Shown: one piece after another, positions 38,546-48,610 of the stretch
Layout of the letters: each line of letters starts with the position of its first letter
Numbering within the stretch: the first letter of the stretch is position 1
Assembly: GCA_016235455.1 (NCBI GenBank)
Contig: JACRKZ010000018.1
Location: 32,001 to 96,000 of the forward strand
DNA from: Armatimonadota bacterium
Lineage (GTDB): Bacteria; Armatimonadota; UBA10988
Direction of reading: 5' to 3'
DNA: 64,000 nt
Notes under the pieces: generated by a model
Databases searched by the model: none
What the model was told of the DNA's origin: nothing
What the model saw: only the letters and a program-made list of their open reading frames with translations
Program-made: the position numbers and the translations under genes

Positions 38546-40465
38546 TCATAGATCCAGCCGCACCGGACCCGGCAGGTCGAAGCGCACGGTCAACACCCGT
38601 GTCGCCGAGTCGTACTTCGCCTGTCCGCGTTGGCAGCTGACGAAGCGGTCCGTGACTGCCACGAGTTCGGCGGGTCCGCGCAACGCCGGATCGAAGGCAA
38701 GGTCCACCGGCCCGCGCGCGAACGTCACAGGCGGGCCTACCGAGGCCAGCAGGTCGGCCGCGAACAGATGGCGCCCGCTCCGCCGGTCGACGCCACAGTC
38801 CAGCACGTTGGCGCTGCCCGCGACGACCCGACACACCGGCGTCACGCCGGCCTGCCGGGCCAGCGCCGCCAGCGCCGGCTGCACCTTGAGGCAGAAGGCG
38901 CGGTTGGCCTCGGCGTGCGCCGCCTGTCGGTACCACACCACGCGGCCGCGGCCCACCGTCTGGTCCAGTCGTTCGCCCGTCAGCTCGCCGACCAGGCCGC
39001 CAAGGCCCGGCGTGGGCGCCAGGTGACGGTCGGCCTCCACGGCGTAGGCCAACGCACCCGGACCGAACGCCACGAGCGTGCCCCCGCCACGCACCCAGGC
39101 GACGATCCGCTCCAGCGCCGCGCGCGTGGTCACGGTCACACCGCTGTTGGGCACGACCAGCAGCCGCCGGCCGGCAAGGACACCATCGGCCACCATCAGG
39201 TCGTCGACCACATCGGGCGAGCCGAGCGCCCGGCCCCAGGACGGTGCCGCCGGGTCGGGCGACCAGTTGGTGTTGGTGGCGTCGTACAGCCGCACGGCGT
39301 CCATGTTCTGGCGGTCGGCGCGGTACCAGGACGTCACATAGGAGTGGAGCACGGCGGCCGGCGACGGTCGATAGTGCGTCTCGTAGCGGTCGAAGACCGG
39401 TGCGAGTTGGCCCCAGATGCGGGTGAACCAGTGGTCGGCACGGCACAACTCGCCCATGTGGGGCAGGATGACACTGCTGCTGCCTGCCGATAGCCCGTTG
39501 ATCAGCGTGTTGAGCTGGGCGTACTCACTGAGGTGCGGCGGACCAACCGGCTCGCACATCAGCGCCACGCCGTACTGGGCACAGGCGGTGGACGTATAGC
39601 GCAGGCTGAACAGAGTCTGCGCGTCGGTGTCGTCCAGCAGCGCCGGTCCGTGCGCGGCCATGCCCTTCACCGTGGGGCCGACATTGCCCGCGAAGACGCC
39701 CTGCGCGTAGCCGGCCTTCATGCCGCCCAGCGTCAGGCACAGCGGCCGGTCGGTGACGCCGCGCAACGCGCCAAAGGTGCGGTCGGTCACTTCCAGCAGC
39801 CAGGCGTTGTACCAGTGCAGCCAATCCGACCAGGCGCGCCGTGTGTCGAGGCCGTCGGGGCCGGGCTGTGGACCGCGCGGCGGTTGCACTGCGTCGAACG
39901 TGTCCAGCATCTCACCCCAGGCCCGCGACAACGCCGCGGGCGTGGCATAGCGCTCGGCCAGCCAGCGCCGGAAGGCCGCCTTGGCGGGCCGGCTGTAGGC
40001 CAGATAGCCGCCCTGGTCGGACACCGCGTAATGCGCCTCGCCGTAGCGGCTGATGGGCGACGGCACCGACACCGCGGCCACGTGCGCCAGGTCGGCCCGA
40101 CCGCTCATGGCACGCGCCAGGCCCTGCGCGTAGCGATCGATGACACGCGCGTCGAACGTGGCCATCTGATAGCCCTCGGCGGCCAGATGGCCGTCGGGAT
40201 CCTGATCGAGATCGTCGCGCGTCAGGCCGAGGCCCGCTTGCAGCACCTCGGCCGGTGGACGTGGCTCGAAGTGCATGGACAAGCAGCCCTCGCCGGCCAG
40301 CGCCTGCTGCTCGGCCACCGGGCGCCAATTGAGCGCGTAGCCCAGGTGCAGCGCATCGCGGATGGCCCTGGGCGGGATGGTGCCCTCATGTACCGAGATG
40401 ACGCCGACGCGGGCCAACGGCGGCGGCGCGGAGATGGTGAGCAGGAGCAACAGGACAGGCGGCAT
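38546..40465 (-). CDS. Beta-galactosidase-like (GH42-like) protein
   Basis: FRRWLAERY....LSRAWG..F..VQPP; C-terminal trimerisation-like WVRGGGTLV. Confidence 0.65.
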   Translation of the reverse strand: MPPVLLLLLTISAPPPLARVGVISVHEGTIPPRAIRDALHLGYALNWRPVAEQQALAGEGCLSMHFEPRPPAEVLQAGLGLTRDDLDQDPDGHLAAEGYQMATFDARVIDRYAQGLARAMSGRADLAHVAAVSVPSPISRYGEAHYAVSDQGGYLAYSRPAKAAFRRWLAERYATPAALSRAWGEMLDTFDAVQPPRGPQPGPDGLDTRRAWSDWLHWYNAWLLEVTDRTFGALRGVTDRPLCLTLGGMKAGYAQGVFAGNVGPTVKGMAAHGPALLDDTDAQTLFSLRYTSTACAQYGVALMCEPVGPPHLSEYAQLNTLINGLSAGSSSVILPHMGELCRADHWFTRIWGQLAPVFDRYETHYRPSPAAVLHSYVTSWYRADRQNMDAVRLYDATNTNWSPDPAAPSWGRALGSPDVVDDLMVADGVLAGRRLLVVPNSGVTVTTRAALERIVAWVRGGGTLVAFGPGALAYAVEADRHLAPTPGLGGLVGELTGERLDQTVGRGRVVWYRQAAHAEANRAFCLKVQPALAALARQAGVTPVCRVVAGSANVLDCGVDRRSGRHLFAADLLASVGPPVTFARGPVDLAFDPALRGPAELVAVTDRFVSCQRGQAKYDSATRVLTVRFDLPGPVRLDL

Positions 40466-40557
40466 GGCAGGGCTCCGCCCGGCTGTTCGCGGCGCGCCGC
40501 CCTGCTCCTGCGCCGGCCAGGCGGCCCCGCGATGCTTGGCCAGGCCTCGACGAGCAG

Positions 40558-40594
40558 AACGGCCAGCCCGCGCGTCTGGCGCAGGCTGGCCGTT
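40558..40594 (-). terminator. Stem-loop downstream of the DUF1559 gene
   Basis: AACGGCCAGCC-CGCGC / GCGCA-GGCTGGCCGTT; the single mismatch is a G-U pair on the minus transcript. Confidence 0.6.
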
Positions 40595-40641
40595 TGATGC
40601 TCAGTCTCGAAGCCGGCTGGCGCCGAGGCGCCGAGACCGCC

Positions 40642-41247
40642 CTACCACTGGTTGACCGGCGCCACGTCGGCGCCCGACTTCTGCCACTTGGCGTGGCCGT
40701 CGCAGTAGATGTAGTTGTCGCCGTCCGTGTGGTAGTGCTGGGGAATCGACTGCGTCGTGATCCACGGCTGAGAACCAATCACGGTGTTCGAGGGATAGGC
40801 CGGCCAATCGCCGCTGATCTTCTCACCGTAGACAATGCGCGAGGCCGGCGCGTCGATGGCGGCCATCGCCAAGCCGCTGCTCCAACGGATGATGTTGGCG
40901 TTGCAGCCGTAGGTCACGGGATAAGCCACGCCAGCGGCGTTGGGTGCGCCCGAGGCCGACGGGCACTTGTAGACCTGGGTGCTCTTCAGGTACGGCGCGA
41001 TGACTTCCCACCAAGCCGGGTTCCAGGCGCCATTCGTGCCCATGCCGGCGCCACCGGGATAGGTCTCATCGTAGTCCTGCACGTACTGCATCGTGGCGAT
41101 GCCGATCTGCTTCTCGTTGTTGAGGCAACTCGACGTACGCGCCTTCTCGCGCGCCTTGGCGAAGACGGGGAACAGAATGGCCGCCAGGATGGCGATGATG
41201 GCGATGACCACCAACAGCTCGATCAACGTGAACGCACGTCGCTTCAT
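40642..41247 (-). CDS. Prepilin-type N-methylation / DUF1559 / H-X9-DG protein
   Basis: [56 protein letters not shown]. Confidence 0.93.
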   Translation of the reverse strand: MKRRAFTLIELLVVIAIIAILAAILFPVFAKAREKARTSSCLNNEKQIGIATMQYVQDYDETYPGGAGMGTNGAWNPAWWEVIAPYLKSTQVYKCPSASGAPNAAGVAYPVTYGCNANIIRWSSGLAMAAIDAPASRIVYGEKISGDWPAYPSNTVIGSQPWITTQSIPQHYHTDGDNYIYCDGHAKWQKSGADVAPVNQW

Positions 41248-41467
41248 GAGGTTCTCCCACACCCCGCCAGAGCGGCGGAGGGTGCGTCAGAATCGCAGAT
41301 CGCCGAACCCGAGTCAAGCCTCTCGCGCAATGTAAGATATCGTTGTCATAACCGAACCGATTCGAGGCGACATTGCCTCGCGACGCGAGCTGGCGGGCGG
41401 TGACTGGACAGATCCGCGCAGGCCGGCAACAATGTTGGCGGCCGACCCAGGGCCGAGGAGCGTGGTG

Positions 41468-41920
41468 ATGAACGGAGCGTTGCTGCATCTGCTGCTGAGC
41501 CATCTGCCGGTCGTCGGCTGCCTGATCGCCTTTGTGGTACTGGCGGCCAACCGCCATCGGGACGACGCCTCGGCGACGCGGGTCGGCCTCGTGCTGGCGC
41601 TGGTCTCGGCGCTGGCGGCGGTGCCGGCCTTCCTGACCGGGCCACCGGCGGTGCAACTGGTGCGCGCGCTGGGCCCCGACGGGGATCCCTACATGGTCAC
41701 CCACGCCAAGGCGGCGCTCGGTGGACTGTTGTGCCTGTTGGTGTTCGGCACTGTCGCCCTCGTCGCCCTGCGCACCACCGCCAAGAAGCCGCGGCTCAGC
41801 GCGACGCTGACCAAGGTGGCCATCGTGCTGGGCTTCGTCTCGGTCATGGTCTCCGGCTACGTGGCCCAGACCGGCTATGACATCCGTCACACCGAGGTGC
41901 GCGCCGGCGCCGCCAAGTGA
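41468..41920 (+). CDS. Membrane protein (DUF2231-like, conserved His)
   Basis: HLLLSHLPV, LTG, GYDIRHTE; 4 TM helices. Confidence 0.7.
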   Translation: MNGALLHLLLSHLPVVGCLIAFVVLAANRHRDDASATRVGLVLALVSALAAVPAFLTGPPAVQLVRALGPDGDPYMVTHAKAALGGLLCLLVFGTVALVALRTTAKKPRLSATLTKVAIVLGFVSVMVSGYVAQTGYDIRHTEVRAGAAK

Positions 41921-41933
41921 CCCGCCGTGCGAT

Positions 41934-41983
41934 CTTGACGCATTGCTGACATCAAGACGGGCACCCTTGACCCGCCCTTGACC
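41934..41983 (+). promoter_or_regulatory. Phased (CT)TGAC direct repeats upstream of kdp, putative response-regulator site
   Basis: TGAC at 41936, 41947, 41968 and 41979 (spacings 11/21/11). Confidence 0.55.
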
Positions 41984-42022
41984 GGCACGCTTCGATACTG
42001 CCTCCAGAAGAGGAGGCAGGCG

Positions 42023-42103
42023 ATGGATGCGATCCTACTGCTGCTACTGGTTGGTTTCTACTGGCTCGGCTCACGCTACGTGTTGTGGGCCGAGGCCTTG
42101 TAG
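42023..42103 (+). CDS. 26-aa hydrophobic Kdp-associated peptide
   Basis: AGGAGG RBS; MDAILLLLLVGFYWLGSRYVLWAEAL*; not in the ORF track. Confidence 0.7.
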   Translation: MDAILLLLLVGFYWLGSRYVLWAEAL

Positions 42104-42113
42104 GGAGCCGACC

Positions 42114-42203
42114 ATGTCACCTGATTACTGGCTCGGCGGCGTGCTCTCGACCGCGCTCTGCTGCTACCTGCTCTACGCGCTCATCCACCCCGAGCGGTTC
42201 TGA
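42114..42203 (+). CDS. kdpF: K+-transporting ATPase subunit F
   Basis: [29 protein letters not shown]; YLxYALxxPERF signature. Confidence 0.92.
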   Translation: MSPDYWLGGVLSTALCCYLLYALIHPERF

Positions 42204-42214
42204 GGAGACCGGCC

Positions 42215-43951
42215 ATGACGCTCCTCGGATGGGCGCAGATCGCCCTGTTCCTGGCGCTCCTGTACCTGGCCACACGGCCGCTCGGCCGGTACCTGGCGCG
42301 CGTGTTTGCCGGTGAGCGCAACGCCCTGGACCGCGTGCTCGGTCCGCTTGAGCGACTCATCTACCGACTGGCGGGCATCGACCCCCACGTGGAGATGCAC
42401 CCGACGGCCTACGCTCTGGCGCTGCTGGCCTTCTCTCTGGTCGGCACGCTGCTGACCTACGTCCTCCTGCGCTGTCAGGGCTGGCTGCCGCTCAATCCCA
42501 TGGGCTTCTCGACGGCCACGGCGCCGCGGGGCGCGACGGCCATGACACCCGACCTGGCCTTCAACACGGCCGTCTCGTTCGCCACGAACACCAACTGGCA
42601 GGCCTATGGCGGCGAATCGACGCTGTCCTATCTGTCGCAGATGCTGGCCTTGGCTTACCACAACTGGGTGTCGGCGGCCGCCGGAATGGCGGTGGCCGTG
42701 GCGCTTGTCCGCGGCTTCGCGCGCCGCGGTGCCGCGACGATCGGCAACTTCTGGTTCGACCTGGTGCGCGCCACGCTGTACGTGCTGTTGCCCCTCTGCG
42801 TGGTGTTCAGCCTGGTTCTGGTGTCCCAAGGCGTGGCGCAGAATCTGGCGCCCTACCCGACCGTCAGCACGCTCGACGGCGGGCGCCAGACGATCGCCAT
42901 GGGCCCCGTGGCCAGCCAGGAGGCCATCAAGATGCTGGGCACCAACGGCGGCGGCTTCTTCAACGCCAACTCGGCACATCCGTTCGAGAACCCGACACCG
43001 CTGACCAACATGCTGTCCATGCTGAGCATCTTCCTGCTACCCGCCGCGCTGTTCGGCATGTTCGGCGCCATGGTCGGTGACGAACGCCAGGGCTGGGCGC
43101 TGTGGGCGGCGTCCGCCGTCATGTTCCTGGTCGGCGTGACGACGGTCTACGCCGCGGAGACCGCGGGCAGCCCGCTGGCTGTCAGGCACGGCGTGGCCGC
43201 GGGCCAAGGCAACATGGAGGGCAAGGAGCAGCGCTTCGGGCAGGCCCAGAGCGCGCTGTTCACCACGGTGACCACCGCCGCGTCGTGTGGCGCGGTCTGT
43301 GCCATGCACGACTCGCTCACGCCGCTGGCCACGCTGGTGCCGCTGGTTAACATGCAGACCGACGAGGTCATCTTCGGCGGCGTGGGCGCGGGATTGTATG
43401 GCCTGCTCATCTACGCCGTGCTGACGGTCTTCATCGCGGGGCTCATGGTGGGCCGCACGCCCGAATACCTGGGCAAGCGCATCGAGGCGCGCGAGGTGAA
43501 GCTGGCCATGCTGTTTGTGCTGGTCTCCTCGGCGTCGATCCTGTGCCTCACGGCGCTGGCGGTGTCGTTGCCGGGCCCGTCGTCGGGCGTGCTCAATGGC
43601 GGCCCGCGCGGCTTTGGCGAGATGCTCTACGCGTTCTCGTCGGCCACCGGCAACAACGGCTCGGCTCTGGCCGGCATCACGGCCAACACGCCGTTCTACA
43701 ACGTGGCGCTAGGCCTGGCCATGCTGGTCGGCCGGTTCCTGATGATGCTGCCGGCGCTGGCGCTGGCCGGGTCACTGGCGGCCAAGAAGTACACGCCGCC
43801 GTCGGCCGGCACCTTCCCCACCACCACAGGCCTGTTCGTCGCGTTGCTAGTTGGCGTCATCGTCATTGTGGCCGCGCTGACTTTCTTCCCGGCGCTCAGC
43901 CTCGGCCCGATCCTCGAGCACGGGCTGATGCACGCCGGCCGGCTCTTCTAG
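42215..43951 (+). CDS. kdpA: K+-transporting ATPase subunit A
   Basis: TNTNWQ, LGTNGGG, SCGAV, NNGSA filter motifs. Confidence 0.97.
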   Translation: MTLLGWAQIALFLALLYLATRPLGRYLARVFAGERNALDRVLGPLERLIYRLAGIDPHVEMHPTAYALALLAFSLVGTLLTYVLLRCQGWLPLNPMGFSTATAPRGATAMTPDLAFNTAVSFATNTNWQAYGGESTLSYLSQMLALAYHNWVSAAAGMAVAVALVRGFARRGAATIGNFWFDLVRATLYVLLPLCVVFSLVLVSQGVAQNLAPYPTVSTLDGGRQTIAMGPVASQEAIKMLGTNGGGFFNANSAHPFENPTPLTNMLSMLSIFLLPAALFGMFGAMVGDERQGWALWAASAVMFLVGVTTVYAAETAGSPLAVRHGVAAGQGNMEGKEQRFGQAQSALFTTVTTAASCGAVCAMHDSLTPLATLVPLVNMQTDEVIFGGVGAGLYGLLIYAVLTVFIAGLMVGRTPEYLGKRIEAREVKLAMLFVLVSSASILCLTALAVSLPGPSSGVLNGGPRGFGEMLYAFSSATGNNGSALAGITANTPFYNVALGLAMLVGRFLMMLPALALAGSLAAKKYTPPSAGTFPTTTGLFVALLVGVIVIVAALTFFPALSLGPILEHGLMHAGRLF

Positions 43952-43960
43952 GAGGCCCCC

Positions 43961-46069
43961 ATGAGCGCTTCCCGATCCACTTCGCGGCGCCGAGCCGCCA
44001 ACTTCGATGCGCCGATGGTGCGCCGCGCCGCGGGCGACGCGCTGCGCAAGCTCCATCCGCGACTGCTGGCGCGCAACCCGGTCATGTTCGTCGTGGCCGT
44101 GGGCAGCGTGCTCACCACCGGCCTGTTGCTGCGTGACGCCATCGGCGGCGCCGGGGCGCGGGTGGTGTTGTTCGAGGGCCAGGTCACCCTCTGGCTGTGG
44201 TTCACCGTGCTCTTCGCCAACTTCGCCGAGGCCATGGCCGAGGGCCGGGGCAAAGCGCAGGCCGACAGCCTGCGCCGCACGCGACAGGAGACCAGCGCGC
44301 GCCGCGAGTTGCCCGGCGGCGGCCTGGAGACGGTCTCCGCCACCGCTCTGCGGAAGGGCGACATCGTGCGCATCGAGGCCGGCGAGATGATCCCTGGCGA
44401 CGGCGACGCCATCGAGGGCGTGGCCACGGTCAACGAGGCGGCCATCACCGGCGAATCCGCGCCGGTCATCCGCGAGAGCGGCGGCGACCGCAGCGCCGTC
44501 ACCGGTGGCACCACGGTGCTCTCCGACTGGCTGCGCATCCGTATCACCGCCAATCCCGGCGAGACCTTCGTCGACCGCATGATCGCGCTTGTCGAGGGCG
44601 CCGAACGACAGAAGACGCCCAATGAGATCGCGCTCAACATCCTGCTGGCCGGCCTGACCATCGTCTTCCTGCTGGCCACGGTGACGCTGTTGCCCTACAG
44701 CCTGTATGCCGTGCAGGCCGGTGGCGGCTCCGCGCCGCCGACGGTGCCCATCCTCGTGGCGCTGCTGGTGTGCCTCATCCCGACCACCATTGGCGGCCTG
44801 CTCTCGGCCATCGGCATCGCCGGTATCGACCGCGTCATGCAGCACAACGTCCTGGCCACCAGCGGCCGAGCCGTCGAGGCCGCTGGCGATGTCGACACGC
44901 TGCTGCTCGACAAGACCGGCACGATCACCTTGGGCAACCGCCAGGCGGTCGAGTTCCGGCCCGTGGCAGGCGTGGACGAGGCGACGCTGGCCGACGCCGC
45001 GCAGCTCAGCTCGCTGGCCGACGAGACGCCTGAGGGCCGCTCGATCGTGGTGTTGGCCAAGGAGTACGGGCTGCGCGAGCGGGAGCTGGCCAGCCACGAG
45101 GCGCGGTTCGTCGAGTTCACCGCGCAGACGCGCATGAGCGGCGTCGACTGGGGCCAGCGGCGCATCCGCAAAGGTGCCGCCGAGGCCGTCTACCGCTGGC
45201 TGCGCGAGCAGGGCATGGCGATACCACACGACCTGGAAGCAAGCGCAACCAGCGTGGCCCAGGTTGGTGGCACGCCGCTGGTGGTGGCCGACAACACCAG
45301 CGGCGCGTTGGGCGTCATCTACCTCAAGGACATCGTCAAGGGCGGCATGCGAGAGCGCTTCGACCAGCTCCGCGCCATGGGCATCCGGACGATCATGATC
45401 ACCGGCGACAACCCGCTGACCGCCGCGGCGATCGCCGGCGAGGCCGGGGTCGACGACTTCCTGGCCGAAGCCACGCCCGAGGCCAAGATGCAGCTCATCC
45501 GCCGTGAACAGGCCGGCGGGCGCATGGTAGCCATGACCGGCGACGGCACCAACGACGCCCCGGCCCTGGCCGCCGCCGATGTCGGCGTGGCCATGAACAC
45601 CGGCACTCAGGCCGCCAAAGAGGCCGGCAACATGGTCGACCTCGACTCCAACCCGACCAAGCTGATTGAGGTCGTGGAGATCGGCAAGCAGTTGCTGATG
45701 ACCCGCGGCGCGCTCACCACATTCTCCATCGCCAACGATGTGGCCAAGTACTTCGCCATCCTGCCGGCGCTGTTCGGCGGGCTGTATGCGCTGGCCCGCG
45801 CGGGTCACGGCCCGCTGTGGGCGCTGAACATCATGGGCCTGCACTCGCCCGAGTCCGCCATCCTGGCCGCGGTCATCTTCAATGCGCTGATCATCGTGGC
45901 GCTCATCCCGCTGGCCCTGCGCGGCGTGACCTACCGGCCCATGGCCGCCGCCCAGCTTCTTCGGCGCAACCTGCTGGTCTACGGCCTCGGCGGCGTGTTG
46001 GCGCCGTTCCCCGGCATCTGGCTCATCGACCGACTGCTGGTGCTGCTGCACCTGGCGCCCAACGCCTGA
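43961..46069 (+). CDS. kdpB: K+-transporting ATPase subunit B
   Basis: [25 protein letters not shown]. Confidence 0.97.
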   Translation: MSASRSTSRRRAANFDAPMVRRAAGDALRKLHPRLLARNPVMFVVAVGSVLTTGLLLRDAIGGAGARVVLFEGQVTLWLWFTVLFANFAEAMAEGRGKAQADSLRRTRQETSARRELPGGGLETVSATALRKGDIVRIEAGEMIPGDGDAIEGVATVNEAAITGESAPVIRESGGDRSAVTGGTTVLSDWLRIRITANPGETFVDRMIALVEGAERQKTPNEIALNILLAGLTIVFLLATVTLLPYSLYAVQAGGGSAPPTVPILVALLVCLIPTTIGGLLSAIGIAGIDRVMQHNVLATSGRAVEAAGDVDTLLLDKTGTITLGNRQAVEFRPVAGVDEATLADAAQLSSLADETPEGRSIVVLAKEYGLRERELASHEARFVEFTAQTRMSGVDWGQRRIRKGAAEAVYRWLREQGMAIPHDLEASATSVAQVGGTPLVVADNTSGALGVIYLKDIVKGGMRERFDQLRAMGIRTIMITGDNPLTAAAIAGEAGVDDFLAEATPEAKMQLIRREQAGGRMVAMTGDGTNDAPALAAADVGVAMNTGTQAAKEAGNMVDLDSNPTKLIEVVEIGKQLLMTRGALTTFSIANDVAKYFAILPALFGGLYALARAGHGPLWALNIMGLHSPESAILAAVIFNALIIVALIPLALRGVTYRPMAAAQLLRRNLLVYGLGGVLAPFPGIWLIDRLLVLLHLAPNA

Positions 46070-46082
46070 AAGGATCCCACCC

Positions 46083-46664
46083 GTGAAGACGCATCTGCTG
46101 CCCGCGTTTCGGCTGACCATCGTGCTGGCACTCCTGACCGGCGTGGTCTACCCCTTGGCCATCACCGCCGCCGCGCGACTGGCCTTCCCCTATTCGGCCA
46201 ACGGCTCCCTGCTGCGCGACGCCCGCGGCCGTGTCGTCGGCTCGGCGCTGCTGGGCCAGCGCTTTGGCTCCCCGCGCTACTTCCAGCCGCGGCCCTCGGC
46301 GGCGGGCGACGGCTACGATGCCGCCGCGTCGGCCGGCAGCAACCTCGGCCCCACCTCACGCAAGCTGGCCGACGCCATGGCCGAGCGCGTGGCGGCTTAC
46401 CGGCAGCTCAACGGCCTGGCAGCGACCCAGCCCGTGCCCGCCGACGCCGTGACCGCTTCGGCCTCGGGCCTTGACCCGCACATCTCGCCGGCCAACGCCT
46501 ACTTGCAAGTCGCGCGCGTGGCCAGGGAACGGGGGCTCAGCGTCGAACAGGTGGGCCGGCTCGTCGCGCGCCATACGCAGCCGCGGCAACTCGGCTTCCT
46601 CGGCGAGCCGCGCGTCAACGTGTTGCGCCTCAACCTTGACCTGGACGCGCCCGCGGTGAGGTAG
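46083..46664 (+). CDS. kdpC: K+-transporting ATPase subunit C
   Basis: SNLGP, TASASGLDPHIS, GEPRVNVL. Confidence 0.96.
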   Translation: MKTHLLPAFRLTIVLALLTGVVYPLAITAAARLAFPYSANGSLLRDARGRVVGSALLGQRFGSPRYFQPRPSAAGDGYDAAASAGSNLGPTSRKLADAMAERVAAYRQLNGLAATQPVPADAVTASASGLDPHISPANAYLQVARVARERGLSVEQVGRLVARHTQPRQLGFLGEPRVNVLRLNLDLDAPAVR

Positions 46665-46669
46665 AGCCC

Positions 46670-48610
46670 ATGCGCGCAGACCATCGGCCCGATCCCGACG
46701 CCTTGCTGGCGGCGCTCTGCACCGCCGGCCGCGGCCGACTGAAGATCCTGCTCGGCGCCGCGCCCGGCGTGGGCAAGACGTTCGCCATGCTCCAGGCCGC
46801 CCACGAGCTGACCGAGCAGGGCGTGGATGTGGTGGCCGCCGTGGTGGAAACGCACGGGCGCGCCGAAACGCAGGCGCTCCTCGGCGGGCTGGAGGTGCTG
46901 CCGCGCGCGGCGGTCGACTACCACGGCGCGCGCCTGTCCGAGATGGACCTGAACGCGGTGCTGGCTCGCGCGCCGCGCGTGGCGCTGGTCGACGAACTGG
47001 CCCACACCAATGCGCCCGGCTGCCGTCACCTCAAGCGCTACCTGGACGTAGAGGAACTGCTGGCCGCCGGCATCGACGTCATCACCACGGTCAACGTGCA
47101 ACACGTTGAAAGCCTGAACGACGCCGTGGCGCAGATCACCGGCGTGCGAGTGCAGGAGACCGTGCCGGACCGGTTCTTCGCCCAGGCCGACGAACTGGAG
47201 GTCATCGACCTGCCCACCGACGACCTGCTGCGCCGTCTGGAAGAGGGCAAGGTCTACCTGCCCGACACCGCCGCGCTGGCCGCGCGGCGGTTCTTCCGGC
47301 CGGGCAACCTGACCGCGCTGCGCGAACTGGCGCTGCGCCAGGCCGCCGACCGCGTGGGCGACCAGATGCGCTCGTACATGCAGGCCCACGCCATCGACGG
47401 GCCATGGCCCACACGCGAGCTACTGCTGGTCTGTGTCAGCCCCAGCCCGCTGTCGCCGCGCCTGGTGCGCACCACCTGCCGCCTGGCCGGCGCGCGCCGT
47501 TGCCCGTGGATCGCGGTCTATGTCAAGGGCTCGCGCCACCTGCACCTGACCGAAGCCGATCGCGACCGCGTGGCGCAGACGCTGCGGTTGGCGGAGGAAC
47601 TGGGCGGCGACGCGGTCAGCATCGCCGGCGAGAATGTCGCCGATGCGGTGGCCGACTACGCGGCGCGGCACAACGTCACCGAGATCGTCGTGGGCAAGTC
47701 ACTGCGCGGCCGTTGGGCGGAGCTGATGGGCGGGTCGATCATCAACGACCTGATCCGCGCTATTGGCACGATCGACATCTATGTGGTGAACAGCGACACG
47801 CCGACGGGGGGCCGCGTGCCCGCCGCGCGGTCGGCCTCGCCGCCGGGCGCGCCAGCCCGAGCTTGGTGGGCCAGCATCGCGGCGGTGGCCGTGGCTGGGC
47901 TGGTGGGCGCCGCGCTGGGCCGCTCACTGGCCCTGCCCAACCTGTCGATGCTGTTCCTGGTGGCGGTGCTCTACAGCGCCACCACGTGGGGCCTGTGGCC
48001 CGCCATCTGCGCCGCCGTGCTCAGCCTCCTGGTGTACGACTTCTTCTTTGTCGAGCCGTTCTACCGCTTCACCGTCGCCAACCCGCAGGATGTGCTGGCG
48101 CTGTGCATCTATCTGCTCGTGGCAGTGTTCGCTAGCCGGCTCACCGCCAAGACCCGCGACCAGGCCGAGATCGCCGCGCGCCGCGAATCGCAGACGTCCG
48201 CCCTGTTGGCGCTCAGTCGCCGAGTGGCCGCCGCGGGCACGCGGGCCGAGGTGGCCGACGCCGTGGCGCGCGAGGCCGCCGACTGCTTCGGCTCGCCGGT
48301 GGCGCTGCTGCTGCCCGACGGCGCGGGCCTACGGCCAGACGCCAGTTGGCCCGCCGGCACCAGCCTGACCGACGCCGAACTGGCCGCGGCAAGCTACGCT
48401 TGGCAGCACCGCGAGCCGGCTGGCCAGGGCTCCGGCACCTTGACCGGTGTCGCCTGGTACTGCCTGCCGCTGCTGGTCGGAGACCGGTCGCTGGGCGTGC
48501 TGGCCACGCGCGTCAACGCCGGTCGACCGCTATCGCCGTCGCAACGTCGACTGCTGCAAGGCTTTGCCGACCTGGCCGGCGCGGCCATTGAGCGCGCCGG
48601 CGCGAGCTAG
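46670..48610 (+). CDS. kdpD: KdpD-like sensor lacking the histidine kinase domain
   Basis: GAAPGVGKT, VDELAHTN, Usp domain, 4 TM, GAF; ends AAIERAGAS* with no H-box or HATPase. Confidence 0.88.
   Translation: MRADHRPDPDALLAALCTAGRGRLKILLGAAPGVGKTFAMLQAAHELTEQGVDVVAAVVETHGRAETQALLGGLEVLPRAAVDYHGARLSEMDLNAVLARAPRVALVDELAHTNAPGCRHLKRYLDVEELLAAGIDVITTVNVQHVESLNDAVAQITGVRVQETVPDRFFAQADELEVIDLPTDDLLRRLEEGKVYLPDTAALAARRFFRPGNLTALRELALRQAADRVGDQMRSYMQAHAIDGPWPTRELLLVCVSPSPLSPRLVRTTCRLAGARRCPWIAVYVKGSRHLHLTEADRDRVAQTLRLAEELGGDAVSIAGENVADAVADYAARHNVTEIVVGKSLRGRWAELMGGSIINDLIRAIGTIDIYVVNSDTPTGGRVPAARSASPPGAPARAWWASIAAVAVAGLVGAALGRSLALPNLSMLFLVAVLYSATTWGLWPAICAAVLSLLVYDFFFVEPFYRFTVANPQDVLALCIYLLVAVFASRLTAKTRDQAEIAARRESQTSALLALSRRVAAAGTRAEVADAVAREAADCFGSPVALLLPDGAGLRPDASWPAGTSLTDAELAAASYAWQHREPAGQGSGTLTGVAWYCLPLLVGDRSLGVLATRVNAGRPLSPSQRRLLQGFADLAGAAIERAGAS

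Noticed and set aside
43847-46120. 757-aa minus-strand ORF and similar long antisense ORFs (35943-37949, 5975-7741)
   Set aside because: Shadows of kdpB, the GH36 gene and tldD.
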